Positions 51,681-64,000 of a stretch of DNA of 64,000 nt are shown here, one piece after another (the stretch's first letter is position 1; every line of letters starts with the position of its first letter). The notes under the pieces are model-generated. The model had not been told where the DNA came from and did not search any database. It was given only the letters and a program-made list of their open reading frames with translations. Source of the stretch: Torpedo marmorata (taxonomy: Eukaryota); the NCBI GenBank assembly GCA_977017645.1, contig OZ360245.1:23684001-23748000 (forward strand), written 5' to 3'. The position numbers and the translations under genes are program-made.

Positions 51681-52588
51681 ATTCCAGCATTTGAATTTAT
51701 TCCCACTGTGTTGCAAATTGCTATGTAATGAATTAGCAATAAATTCAATATTTAAAAATTGGTAACACAACAGCCAATTCATTGAATTTAATTGTAATTA
51801 CACTGAATTTACGGTAGTTTTATTTTGTATCCAATAGATATTGAATTTGCTTCATTGTACAGTAAACCTTTGAACCCAGCGGTCTCATTAGATTTTAATG
51901 CAGTTCTGAATTACTGTCTTATTTTCGGATGAGTGGAATTACATAGAAGTGAAACCCTTTCAGTGTGATACAGTTGAGCTATTTAGCTCTTTGAAAAAAG
52001 ACAAAAACTGTTTAAGTGGCTTAAAGGTAACAAAATTAACATAAAATAATTAGGCTTGTAATGGAAACAGAAAGGCACAAACATTTTTGAGACACTGGAA
52101 TCTGGAGCAACATAAGAAGTGGCTGGAGGAACTCATTGGGTCAGGCAGCATCTTCCCATTTCAGAGAGAAATGGACAGTCGATATTACAGGTTGACTTTA
52201 GCTATTTTCTTCTATGCTCATGGTGGTGGTAACCAAAGCTAATTGGAGTTGGGTGCAAAAATGGCTTGGTGCCCTAATAGTAGTTATCTTGTGCAACAGA
52301 ATGCAAATCAAAAAACAATGAAAACTTGTATGAAGGGTACTACAATAGTCATAGACAGTTTTAATCATATAGTTTGGATAAATCAAATTTGCAAGGGTAG
52401 CTTTGAGGATGAGGGTGTATTTACGATTTTGTGGGGAGGGGGATTTTTCTTTTAGGCAATACTTTGAAGAACCAATCAGGGAGTAAGCTGTTTTAGACCC
52501 GGTATTATGGAATTAATGATCTCAATGTGAAGAATCCCCAAGGAAAGATCGATCATTGCATTGCAGAATTTTGAGTGTGAAATAATTA

Positions 52589-53426
52589 CAGTGCCCTCCA
52601 TAATGATTGGGACAAATACACTTTTTTCCTTTGTTTGCCCCTGTGTCCACATTTTTAAATTTGTAATCAAACTATTCACATGTAATTAAAGTACACATTA
52701 CAGATTATATTCAAGGTTATTTGTATACATTTTGGTTTTATCATGTAGAAATTACAGCACTTTTTATACATAGTGCCCTCATTTCAGGGCACCATAAAGT
52801 TTGGGACATTTGGCTTCAAGGTGTTTGTGAGTACTCAGGTATGTTTAATTGCTTCATTGGTGCAGGTATAAGAGAGCTAGGCTGTCATTAGCAATGGAGG
52901 TCTTCCTTGGAATACCAGTCCCTTTGCGATTACTGAGCTCACCAGTACGATCTTTCTTATTAATGATGTTCCAGACAGTTGATTTTGGTAATTCTAAGGT
53001 TTGGGCGATGTCTCGTACTGTTTTATTCTTGTTTTGCAGCCTCAAATTGGCTTTTTTGACTTTCATTGGCACAACTCTGGTCCTTGTGTTAAAAAATGGC
53101 AACTACAGACTCCAAAGGTGATCAAAAGCTTAGAAGCAAGCCTAGCTCTATTATACCTGCCCCAATGAAGCAATTAAACATACCTGAGTACTCACAAACA
53201 CCTGTGAAGCCAAATGTCCCAAACATTAAGGTGCCCTGAAATGGGGGAACAATGTATAAAAGGTGCTGTAATTTCTACATGGTCACACCATAATGTATAC
53301 AAATAACCTTGAATAAAATCTGGAATGTGCACTTCAATTACATGTGAATTTTTTTATTGCAAATTTAAAACACGGGGCAAATAAAGGAAAAAAGTGTCTT
53401 TGTCCCAAACATTATGGAGGCCACTG
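52589..53426 (-). mobile_element. Tc1-type IR/DR transposon, internal deletion derivative
   Basis: TA|CAGTG...CACTG|TA; ~290-bp TIRs with internal repeats (cataa.g.ttgggaca); N-terminal paired-like HTH remnant RDIAQTLELPKSTVWNII. Confidence 0.92.
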
Positions 53427-54319
53427 TATGTCCTAAACTTGAAACAAATTGTAATTATAAAAGCACAAAGTTGGCTCAAGAGGACTGGGAAAATAAACGA
53501 AAGGATAATATGACAGATCAGCAGACGCTGACATTTATTCTGAGATATTTCAGAAGTATTCACAAGGGCTTATTCCAATAAGAATGGCTACATAATGAAT
53601 AAGCATCTTACACCTACAGTCTTGGTAACTTTATAGTCAATGGACTAAACCCAAACAATATTTTTCTGCAAAGTAATGTGCCTAGCCATCATTGAGAGTC
53701 CTTTCCTTTTATGGTTAATACTTGTATGGGTTTAAAATGACACATTTCATTTGCTGGAAAGTATTCACATTCTTTATTTTGTCTACTTTGTTTCCTGACC
53801 TTTTAAATGCTACTATTAACAATGGTACCATTTAGTAACAATCCTACTCACTCAATTTTAACTGCATAAATCTTTAAGGAGGAAAGACAACATTGTACAT
53901 TAAGCCATGAAAAATTATTTGGCACTTAGTATTACAGAAAGAGTAGAGGAAAGCATACCCATTGACTTTTATTACGGGAGATAGGTCTTCATATACAAAA
54001 ACCTGGAAACAAACGTAAAAGTTGGGACAATGGTAACTTGTCTTTCTTTTCCACTGTAATATGTATAATTGAATAATTAAATTTTAAAAAATGTAGTCTG
54101 GCATGTGTCAAGACCAATAATTGAAGATTTGTTTCAAGATTCTTGTTTTTAGTGAACCTCGTGCTGTTTTCTTAACTAAACTGCATAACTTTACAATTCA
54201 ATAGTTTCAAAGATTATATTGTCAAATATGTTGTAGTATACTCTGGTGTTCAGATGATTAGATGCAGGATTTGAATGACAAAATCAAGAAATATTAAATG
54301 GCTCTATCAATAGATTTGC

Positions 54320-56258
54320 TGAGCCTGACGTCAGTAGTAGGTAAATTATTGGAAGGTGTTCTAAGACAATTATTTGGATAGCCAGGGACTGATTGCGTGG
54401 TACATGGCTTTATGCGTGGTAGATCGTGTTTAACCAATCTTATAGAGTTTTTCGAGGAGGTTACCAGGAAAGATGACACAGGAAAGGCTGTGGATGTTGT
54501 CTACATGGACTTTAGTAAGGCCTTTGACAAGGTCCCGCATGGGAGGTTAGTCAGGAAGGTTCAAACGCTACGTATTCATGGTGAAGTAGTGAACTGGATT
54601 CGACAATGACTGGACAGGAGAAGCCAGAGAGTAGTGGTGGATGATTACTTATCAGATTGGAGGCCTGTGACGAGTGGTGTGCCTCAGGGATCAGTACTGG
54701 GACCATTGTTGTTTGTCATCTATATCAATGATTTGGATGATAATGTGGTAAATTGGATCAGCAAGTTTGCAGATGACACTAAGATTGGAGGTGTTGAGGA
54801 CAGCAAATAAAGTTTTCAAAGCTTGCAGAGGGATCTGGACCAGCTGGAAAAATGGGCTGGAAAATGGCAGATGGAATTTAATGCAGACAAGTGTGAGGTG
54901 TTGCATTTTGGAAGGACAAACCAAGAAAGGACATACACGGTAAATGGTAGGGCCTGAGGAGTACGGTAGAACAGAGGGATCTGGGAATACAGATACATAA
55001 TTCCCTGAAAGTGGCGTCACAGGTGGATAGGGTTGTAAAGAGAGCTTTTGGCATATTGGCCTTCATAAATCAAAGTATTGAGTACAGGAGTTGGGATGTT
55101 ATGTTAAAGTTGTATAAGAGATTGGTGAGGCCAAATTTGGAGTATTGTGTGCAGTTTTGGTCACCTAACTACAGGAAAGCTATCAATAAAATTGAAAGAA
55201 TGCAGAGAAGATTTACTAGGATGTTGCCCAGACTTCAGGGACTGAGTTATAGGGAAAGGTTAAACAGGTTAGGACTTTATTCCCTGGAGCGTAGAAGAAT
55301 GAGGGGTGATTTAATAGAGGTATTTAAAATTATGAGGGGATAGACAGATCGGCTTTTTCCATTGATGGTGGTATAGTGACTTCAATCCAACAAATAGTCA
55401 CTTGGAGGCTAGATGAGATACTTGTTCTTGACGCGTTTCAATTAATTTACTAACAAAGTCCAATATGTTCAAAATGTTTATTAACACATAATGACTTGTA
55501 GCAATCTTCAATAACTTAAATATCTTCTTTAACGAAATATAAACAATTCTTGATAACGATGCTTAATAACTATTCTTCAAAACGTCATTTAAACTTCCTT
55601 TAAACGATTCCTTTAACACTCATTTAAACGTCCTTTAAACGTGGCTTTAAATGTTACTTTAAACGTCCTTTAAACAGTCAATGAAAGATATGGCGATCTC
55701 ACTCACCCTCCTCTAAGCCACCATATTTTTATACTACTCCTTCTCTGATTCGCACATGCTCCAACCGTGCATACTCCACTGCGCATACTCCCGTCACTTG
55801 CCCACTGCGCATGCGCTCGTCGGCACTCTCGCGCATGCGCAGAGTACTCAATAGGCCTAGCATGGCCTACTAATCTCAGTGAGTCCTCCGAAACCCTCTG
55901 GGCCCATCGGGACGCCGCGATTAAGGTAAGTAACCAAGCCTACGGCTCTTACAGGTGGGTTAGATTCAAACAAGAGGACATGGGTTAAGGGTGAAAGGGG
56001 AAAAGTTTAGGGGGAACATGAGGGGAAACTTCTTCACTCAGAGATTGGTGGGAGTGTGGAACGGGCTTCCAGCTGAAGTGGTAGATGTGGGCTCGATTTT
56101 AACATTTAAGGGAAATTTGGACAGGTATATGGATGGGAGAGGTATGGAGGACTATGGACTGAGTGCAGGTCAGTGGGACTAGGCAAGATAAAGTGGTTTG
56201 GCACAGACTAGAGGGGCCGAAGTGGCCTGTTTCTGTGCTGTAATTGTTCTATGGTTCT
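54320..56258 (+). mobile_element. CR1 LINE fragment, same subfamily as 16690-19540
   Basis: RSCLTNLIEFFEEVT, DFSKAFDKVPH, LVRPNLEYCVQFWSP; ttctatggttct tail. Confidence 0.92.
55372..55953 (-). mobile_element. 582-bp solo-LTR-like insertion in CR1 with 5-bp TSD
   Basis: GGTGG at 55367-55371 and 55954-55958. The minus strand runs TGTAAG...CTATA with TATAAAA and then AATAAA in LTR order. Confidence 0.75.
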
Positions 56259-57155
56259 TTGAATAAACTTTTTTATGTTTCTTTGTGTTGATGAAAATAC
56301 CCAATCCATTTCATTAATTAGTGCTCCCAAGAAGCTTATTTTACATTGTCAACCTAATCCACTTTCGTAGTAAATGCATTTGGTGATTCTACTGTCATTA
56401 AAACTTTGAGAATGGATCGGCCCATTAAGTCTTTTCAGGACTATGTATTTCATTCAGGTGTCTGAATTGTATCTTTGCCTCATGGTCAAATTGAACTGAA
56501 GTAGATTGCATTTGTCTAATTGAATGACTGATTTTTGAGTGTATCACGATAATTATTGGCTCAATTTCAAATGGCATAGCATTTATGATCTTTTGAAAGT
56601 GAAAATTCCTTAATTCTGGTGCCTTCCACGAGAGGAATGATTATTTATAATTGTTTAGAATGATCTGGCTTTAATTTTAGAATTAGAACATGAATTTTCA
56701 AATAGAATTGGAATTTTAGAATGCAGATGCCCAGAAACCATAATGCAATTAAAGCACAACTTTCTTTCCATTTTAGACTAACCTTATTGAGATGAAGGCC
56801 AACATTCCATTAGCATTATTGGTCATTCTTTTGTACTAGCTTTTATTCATTTTTTTAAAACTTCTCCATTTCCCAGTTTCTCCAGAGTGAAACCATTAAA
56901 CTTTTTTTCTCTGCATGTGTTTTCTGACCTGCTGAGTTTTTTTATAGCATTTTATGTTTTACTTCAGTAGCACCTGATATTTGGTAAATGTGGTCCATGA
57001 CTAAAACGTTCATTGGTGAGCTGCACAATGTTGTACTTGTAAATTAAAATGGAACGTCTGAACTATTACTTAGTCAAATGCCCCCTCCATTGTCCATTTA
57101 AAGTGTGAAATGTGATTAATTAAGAAATTAATCAATATGAGCTGTGTTTTATATA

Positions 57156-57870
57156 CTGTAAATGCCGGCGTATAGGATGACTCTGTATAGGACGACCCCA
57201 GATTTTCCAACTAAAATGTAGGTTTTGAGCTATATCATTTGTATAGGATGACCCCCCAAGTCTGGCACTTACCACTGACCAGTGGAGTAATGCTGTCACA
57301 ATATTTTAATACAACATTACCCTCTAAAGGTTTTAATTTTATTAGCATATTTTAAAATAAACCACCGTCGGCTCCTGTAACAGGCTGTTTAAAGCCTGTA
57401 CAGAGCCGACCGAGTTGGACTGGGCAGTTGGACTCCGCGGGGGAGCACTAAGACTTCATTGATAACTAACAGGACACACGTAGGTTTGCCCCGCCGAATG
57501 GGCAATGCCCCTCAATGCGCGCGCAGGGCTGACTTTAAATATGGTCCCATACAAAATCTTTGGAGTATTTTCACCTCTTCTGCAAAATGACATCGGAGTA
57601 AATTGTAAGCTTCCTTTCTTTTCGCTATCGCCATTTGTGTGGAGATGAGCCGGGTTGTCAGCACGAGGAAGGTGGTAGAATGCGCTTAGGGCCTTACCGG
57701 GACACTTGCGTCGGAGCCGGCAGGATGGGGATAGGATATGGAGGGGGAGGGGGAAGATGGCAGTGGTGTTGAGACTTCGCGGTCAAGGTTCAGATTTTAG
57801 ACCCGGTGTATAAGATTTTGAGGCGACATTTTTAAGTTTCGAGGATCGTCCCATACGCCGTCATATATGG
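57156..57870. mobile_element. Tc1/mariner (pogo/Tigger-like) MITE
   Basis: TA flanks; imperfect TIRs ctgtaaatgccggcgtataggat / ccatatatgacggcgtatgggac; subterminal gtataggaYgac repeats. Confidence 0.75.
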
Positions 57871-58345
57871 TATATATTACTGTACACATGACACAAATGA
57901 AAAAATAATGCACAAGGACAACAGTAGCTAAGTAAAAGCAATGAGATCATGCTCCAGGCCTCATCTGATCTGTGTCCATTTCCCATCTACTGACTTCATC
58001 TCTTCAGCTGTGAAACCGAACTGTATGGACTTGCAGCTGGTGAATTAGAATTAATACCTTTTCAAAAGTTCAGTTAAGATAATTGATGTACATTTCCACA
58101 TATTTAAAACTTTTTACGTAATTTGTTGGCTTCCATTGACTACTTCCATTCCTCACTCATGTTACATTGCAGATCCAAAACTCTTCAAGTTCAGTGAAGA
58201 ATTTTGAAGTTTTTTTTCATGTTTAATGCATTCACTTTTGCATTCACAATTGAATGTAGCATTAGGCTGTACTGAAGGGCTTTCAAAAGTGCAGGCACTC
58301 ATTCCCCTACAAGTGCCCCCCCCCCCAGTAACTTACTGCCATGGT

Positions 58346-58596
58346 TAATTTTTAAAAATTTAGACATACAGCACGGTAACAGGCCCTTTCGGCCCACGAG
58401 CCCATGCCGCCCAATTACACCTAATTGACCTACAACCCCGGTACGTTTTTGAATGGTGAGAGGAAACCGGAGCACCCGGAGGAAACCCACGCAGACTCGG
58501 GGAGAACGTACAAACTCCTTACAGACAGCACTCGATTCGAACCCCGGTCGCTGGCACTGTGACAGCGTTGCGCTAATCGCGACGCTAACCGTACCG
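58346..58596 (-). mobile_element. V-SINE (HE1-like)
   Basis: B-box ggttcgaatc on the minus strand; homologous to the other two copies. Confidence 0.87.
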
Positions 58597-58762
58597 TGTT
58601 GCATTGCATTGTTCTTCAAAACATTTTCAGAGTCATCTGGTTCCTTTGAGAGGACTACAAATTCCTTGCAGTCATGGTAGCATAAACTCAGTCCTTGCCA
58701 ATGTTCCCCACTAGCTGGAAGGGTGCTGGTTGTATTGTGTGGACTTTTTTAATGGTTATAAC

Positions 58763-59096
58763 CATTGTTCCCTCTAAGCTGTGCACGTGTGTGCGCACAC
58801 ACGTTTTGCAACCAGCGCACAAAGGAAATTAATGTGCGCACAAAAGGTTAATGTAGTAATTAATAATTATACTTACTTTACTTCGTAAAATGCAATCATA
58901 CTTGTATTATATGAAAACATGCCAATACAGTTTTATGAGCCATGAGAGATAGGCTGTGCCAAAATTATCTTGAAACAATTTCAAGTTTACATTTGCACAA
59001 GCATTCAGTGCGCACATACTTTTGTCACAGGGAAAAAAATTTGCACAACATAAGATTTTTGCACACACTGACTACTAAAAATTAGAGGGAACATTG
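58763..59096. mobile_element. hAT MITE with perfect 8-bp TSD
   Basis: TIRs cattgttccctctaa / ttagagggaacattg; GTTATAAC at 58755-58762 and 59097-59104. Confidence 0.9.
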
Positions 59097-59363
59097 GTTA
59101 TAACCTGATGTCAGAACTGCAACAATGAAAATACAACCCTCAACTTCCTGAAAGTCCATACCGTTACACAAGGGAGCCTGTTAGTTCTGTTTTAATGAGT
59201 ATCATGGCTTTATTTAAATAAAGCCTTTTAAAATTCTGTTCGGGAAATTGCCATTGCTGTTTTGGTTGCGCCATTGTTCCAAAATTAAATTTCTAGGCAA
59301 ACCAGTCTTGTACTTGTGTGTTAGATGTATACTTATTTGTACATATTTTCCTGTTGGTCTCAG

Positions 59364-59492
59364 GTGTTTTTCAGAGCAGGAACTCTTGTTAAATTGGAAG
59401 AACAAAGGGATGAACAGACCAGAAGGAATATCACTCTTTTTCAGGCAGCTTGCAGAGGATATCTTGCACGACAGCATTTTAAGAAGAGAAAG
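59364..59492 (+). CDS. MYO18A: MYO18A exon (converter end/IQ): [43 protein letters not shown]
   Basis: cag|GTG...AAG|gtaaaa, 129 nt; IQ-like [11 protein letters not shown]. Confidence 0.96.
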
Positions 59493-59669
59493 GTAAAATA
59501 TCAACAACAGCTTCATAAACCAAATATGAAGTGAACTAAGTTTTATCTGTACTCATTTAGTCTGGATTGTAATGTATATACAATCTTTCCTTTTTTTAAA
59601 TCAATGTAAAGTTCATGCCCATCCAATATAAACAATTTGATTAAAGCTAATTAATATATTTCTTTTCAG

Positions 59670-59813
59670 ATTCAAGAACTAGCGATCCGTTGCATTCAGA
59701 AAAACATTAAAAAAAACAAACGAGTCAAGAACTGGCCGTGGTGGAAATTATTCACTACAGTTCGGCCATTAATTGAGGTTCAGTTAACAGAAGAACAAAT
59801 AAGAGGCAAAGAT
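59670..59813 (+). CDS. MYO18A: MYO18A exon: [48 protein letters not shown]
   Basis: tcag|ATT...GAT|gtaagc, 144 nt; WPWWKLF neck motif. Confidence 0.96.
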
Positions 59814-60018
59814 GTAAGCAATTTCAACTTTTGATTTTTCTCATTGTATTTTTGCTAAACCTTTCATGAACTGTATATGTATACATGAACATGCATACTT
59901 TCACTTCTTCTTGCATGAGATTTAATTTCTGTTGTGTTAGGTCAGGTTAAACTTTCATTTAATTTCACCATCCAGTCCAAAAGAGCTAATTGATAAACAT
60001 GTTGTCGCATTATATTAG

Positions 60019-60108
60019 GAGGAAATTCAGCAGCTGCGTGGCAAAATAGAGCGTGTTGAAAAGGAACGCAATGAGTTGCGACTAACAAGTGATCGTCTAG
60101 AAAGCAGG
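60019..60108 (+). CDS. MYO18A: MYO18A exon (coiled-coil start): [30 protein letters not shown]
   Basis: ttag|GAG...AGG|gtaagg, 90 nt. The next expected exon was not found and probably lies beyond the window. Confidence 0.95.
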
Positions 60109-60789
60109 GTAAGGTTATATACCTGGGATTCTTTTGTACATCTGGAGATTACAGTTTGCGAAATACCTGTAATTGTTATTTTGCAATTGATGGTTTAATT
60201 TATTTGCTGCAATGCAGCAGATAGTAGGTATGGGAAATTAAATGTTAAGTCTTTCCAAGCTTTATGTTGACTTTAAAGTTGTTGTTGCTCATAAAAGTGA
60301 ATAAAATGGAGCATTGTGGTAAATATTCAGTTATGGAAGACTGCTTGAAATTAGCTGAAAACCAAATGTGTTAACATCAAAGCGAAAAGCTGTTTTAAAG
60401 CAGTATACAAGATATTAAAACTATTTTATTTATTGTTCCAGTAATTGGAGTTATGCTCCAAACTGGAGTTGACTTGAATTCTGAATGTGAAACCACTCAA
60501 ACCTGCAAGACATATAGAGGGGTTAAAAGTAATTTTGTGCATCCTATTGTGAATGAAAAACAAAGTAGGATTACAATTTACATTGCTTGGATTTTGATGT
60601 TAACACTATTCAAAAAGGAACTGATACATTTAACTGTTTAAGTTAAATCTCCAGAATATCCATGTGTATAGTCAAACGTGGAAGTCCCAAACGTTGTAAT
60701 CAATATTAGGAACCAGAATCTGTCAAGACACTCTCTGCTGGACGACTCTGGATTTTATGTTTATATAGTCATTATTTGGGCCCAGTTTT

Positions 60790-61375
60790 CAATTGCTATT
60801 CCCTATTTACTCTTGTGAAATTGAGTGAGCTGCTGTAGACCCTCTGGTGACGATAGTTCCACAGTGCTATGAGGTAGGGGTTAATATTTTGTACAGCGAT
60901 GATGAAGAGCGAATGATATATTTCCAAATTAGGATAATGTGGCATAGTGGGGAACGTGCAGCTGGTGGTGTTCTCGTGCTCCTGCTTCCCTTGCCCTTGG
61001 CAGTTAGAAGACGTGGTTTGGGAGCTGCTATTAGAGCCTAGGTAACTAACTGTAGTGGATTTTGAACATTTGCACACTGTAGCTGCTGTATGCCGACGTT
61101 GGAAGGAAGAAATGCTTAAGGTTGTTGATGAGTTGCTGATCAAGTTGGCTGTTTTGTCCTGGCTGGTGTTAACATTCTTGAGAACTATTGACACTGCACT
61201 GATCCAGGCAAGAAGAGAACATTCCATTGTGCTTCTGATTTGTGCTTTGTAAATGGTGGAAAGGATTAGGGAGAGGCTTTGGGTGTCAAGCGATATGTCA
61301 CTCACCTTAGCATATTCATCCTCTGACCTTATCTTGCAGCCAGAAAATTATGTAGCTGGTTCATTTGGGATACTG
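60790..61375 (-). mobile_element. Old non-LTR retrotransposon 3' fragment
   Basis: IYKAQIRSTMEC remnant; similar to 39740-40240. Confidence 0.65.
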
Positions 61376-61383
61376 GGCTCTGG

Positions 61384-61590
61384 CAGGGGCGGAGCCAGGT
61401 TCTAACGTTAAGGGGAGCGAGCACATAAAAAAGGCGCCATGACACATACCAGATGGTGAGTCAGTGGTTGAATGGCGGGCCACACTGATTTTTTGACAGC
61501 GTCGGATCAGGGGGGTGGGGGTGTCGGCTGCGGCGGACTGGGGTTGGGGGGGTGTGGCGGCGGCGCCACGTCCACGACGCATACCAAATA
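61384..61590. mobile_element. Probable GC-rich MITE end, cut off by the adjacent L1
   Basis: Begins caggggcggagccagg; abrupt GC shift; other end not in the window. Confidence 0.4.
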
Positions 61591-64000
61591 ATTTTTTTTA
61601 TTTTTTTTATTTTTAAATAGATTTCAGAAATAAGCATGCATATACAAAACATTTATGGAATACATAATATTAATAACAAATGACAAATTAGATAATTCAT
61701 CAAGCTATAAAACACATATAACCATAATTCAAAATTATATCAAAAAAATTTAAAAAAAGATTTTTCCACGTACAGCGTGATTCTAAACCCTATTCCCTAA
61801 CCCAAGGGTATGACTGAAGAAAATATGTACTTTGTTCATAGAATAAAATGGCAAATATAAAAATTCAAAAATAATATTATGTCTGGAGGTTATGAAAGTA
61901 ATTCAAGAATGGTCCCCACAACATTTGAAACTTTATATTTGAATTATTAATAGAATAACATATCTTTTCTAAATTTAAACAGGACATAATGTCCCTGATC
62001 CATTGAGCATGAGTGGGCGGGGCAGCATCCTTCCATCTAAACAATATTGCACGTCTAGCCAGGAGAGATGCAAAAGACAGAATACGACATTTAATTGGAG
62101 TTAAAGGAATATCATCTTCTCCAGTTGTACCAAAAAGAGCGACCAGAGGATTAGACTCTAAATTTACATTTAAAATTAAGGATAGAGTTTGAAATACTTC
62201 CCTCCAGTATTTTTCAAGACGAGGACATGTCCAAAACATATGAATTAAAGAAGCATCTTCTCTCTTACATTTATCACAGTAAGGATTTACATCTGAATAG
62301 ATACGAGATAATTTAACTTTAGACATATGTACAACTTTAAATTGTAATAAGCATTGACGGGCACATAAGGATGTAGTATTAACCATCTTAAAAATTATAT
62401 CCCAAACTTCGTCTGATAATGTAAGGTTTAAATCCTGTTCCCAGGCATTTTTAATTTTAACTAGAGGGGCATGTCTCAAACCCATGTATATAGCACTATT
62501 TTTTAACTTCTGGTTGGATGCTAATTGTATTTCATTGGCTTTGTATTTTACTTGGCACAATGACAATAAAGTTGAATCTAATCTATCTCATCTAATCTAA
62601 TCTTATCATAGAGAATGGATATTAAACCTGTGCGAGAATGTTGTAGTCTAAATATCACATCAACAATATTTGCATCAGGTGCCCGAGGAAAATCCGGTAT
62701 CTGAGATTTAAAAAAATGTCTAATTTGCAAGTATCTGAAAAAATGAGAATTTGATAAGTTGAACTTTTTAGAAAGCTGTTCAAATGACGCAAAACTATTA
62801 TCAATGAAAAGATATTTGAAACGTTCAATACCTAATCTAAACCAATCATGAAAAACAGAATCTTGTAAAGAAGGTTGAAAAAGATGATTGGATAAAATAG
62901 GGCTTGAAAGAGAAAAACCATAAAGTCCAAAATGTTTTCTGAACTGCACGCAAACTCTAACGGCCTGCCTGACAATAGGATTATCAATTGATTTATTTAA
63001 AAAGAAGGGAAGTGAGGATCCAAGAAGTGCTGGAATGGAAATGTTTTTTGCAGAATTCAACTCCATTGCTACCCATGCTGGACTGTCCAGTCGATTATGA
63101 AAATGTAACCAAAGCATAAAGTTATGTATGTTGACTGCCCAGTAATAAAATCTAAAATTAGGTAGAGCCATGCCTCCGTTCCTTTTAGGTTTTTGAAGAT
63201 GAACCTTGTTTAGATGAGCGTGCTTACCCCTCCATATATAGGACGATATAATCGAATCAAGTGAATCAAAAAATGATTTAGGAATTAAAAATTGGTAGAG
63301 ACTGAAAAAGGTATAAAAATATAGGTAAAATATTCATTTTAATAGAATTAATACGACTGACCAGGGATAAAGATAGGGGTGACCATTGTGTTAAATACTG
63401 TTTCACTTGTTTTAATAATGTAAGAAAATTTTCTTTAAGAAAGTATTTATGATTCTTTGTAACTATAATACCGAGATATTTTAATTGATTTTCCACAATC
63501 TTAAAGGGGAAATTGGTATACACTGATGCAGGTATGTTCAAAGGGAATAGTTCACTTTTATGCAGATTTAATCTATATCCTGAAAACTTACTAAATTGAG
63601 AAAGTATTGACAATGTGTCAGGGTTTGATAAGTAGAGCAAAAGATCATCTGCATAAAGGGAAACTTTATGTTCAATTCCCTTTTTACAAATCTCTGAAAT
63701 GTCACCACACTCTCGAAATGCAATCGTTAATAATGGCTCTAAGACCAAATCAAACAATAATGGACTTAGAGGACACCCTTGATAGGTTCCTCGTTGAAGA
63801 TTAAAAGGTTGTGATTGTTGAAAATTAGTAAGAATTGAAGCCATTGGGGATGAATACAATAATTTAATCCATGAAATAAAACCTGATCCGAAATTAAATT
63901 TTTCTATAATCCTGAATAAATATTTCCATTCAACTCGATCGAATGCTTTCTCTGCATCCAGGGAAAGAACACATTCGGGAACTGGACTCGAAGGTAAATG
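61591..64000 (-). mobile_element. L1-type LINE, continues past the window end
   Basis: QGCPLSPLLF, LYADD, CDKC...HMFWTC remnants; T-rich tail at ~61591. Confidence 0.93.

Overview
Eukaryotic (vertebrate) genomic DNA, not prokaryotic. The repeat landscape (HE1-type V-SINEs, abundant CR1, AT-rich L1/Tx1, Penelope relics) suggests a cartilaginous fish, probably a batoid (inference). The whole window lies inside one + strand gene, unconventional myosin-XVIIIa (MYO18A). I find 13 conventional internal exons with consistent reading phases, running from mid motor domain through the IQ motif into the start of the coiled coil. There are also two candidate microexons (12 nt and 21 nt), and one intron must use a GC donor. 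The introns are filled with often nested transposable elements: a rearranged BEL/Pao LTR element, a full-length but decayed Gmr1-type Gypsy element with a related solo LTR, a second unrelated solo LTR, CR1 and L1/Tx1 LINEs with target-site duplications (TSDs), a Blackjack-like hAT transposon, a deleted Tc1 element, MITEs and SINEs. I see no evidence for a wholly new multi-gene system. The most unusual signals are two identical TA-CCGG-TA insertions that look like DNA-transposon excision footprints, an L1 TSD that duplicated a MYO18A 5' splice site, and the microexons. Family names come from recalled motifs, not database searches. Boundaries of old repeats are approximate.
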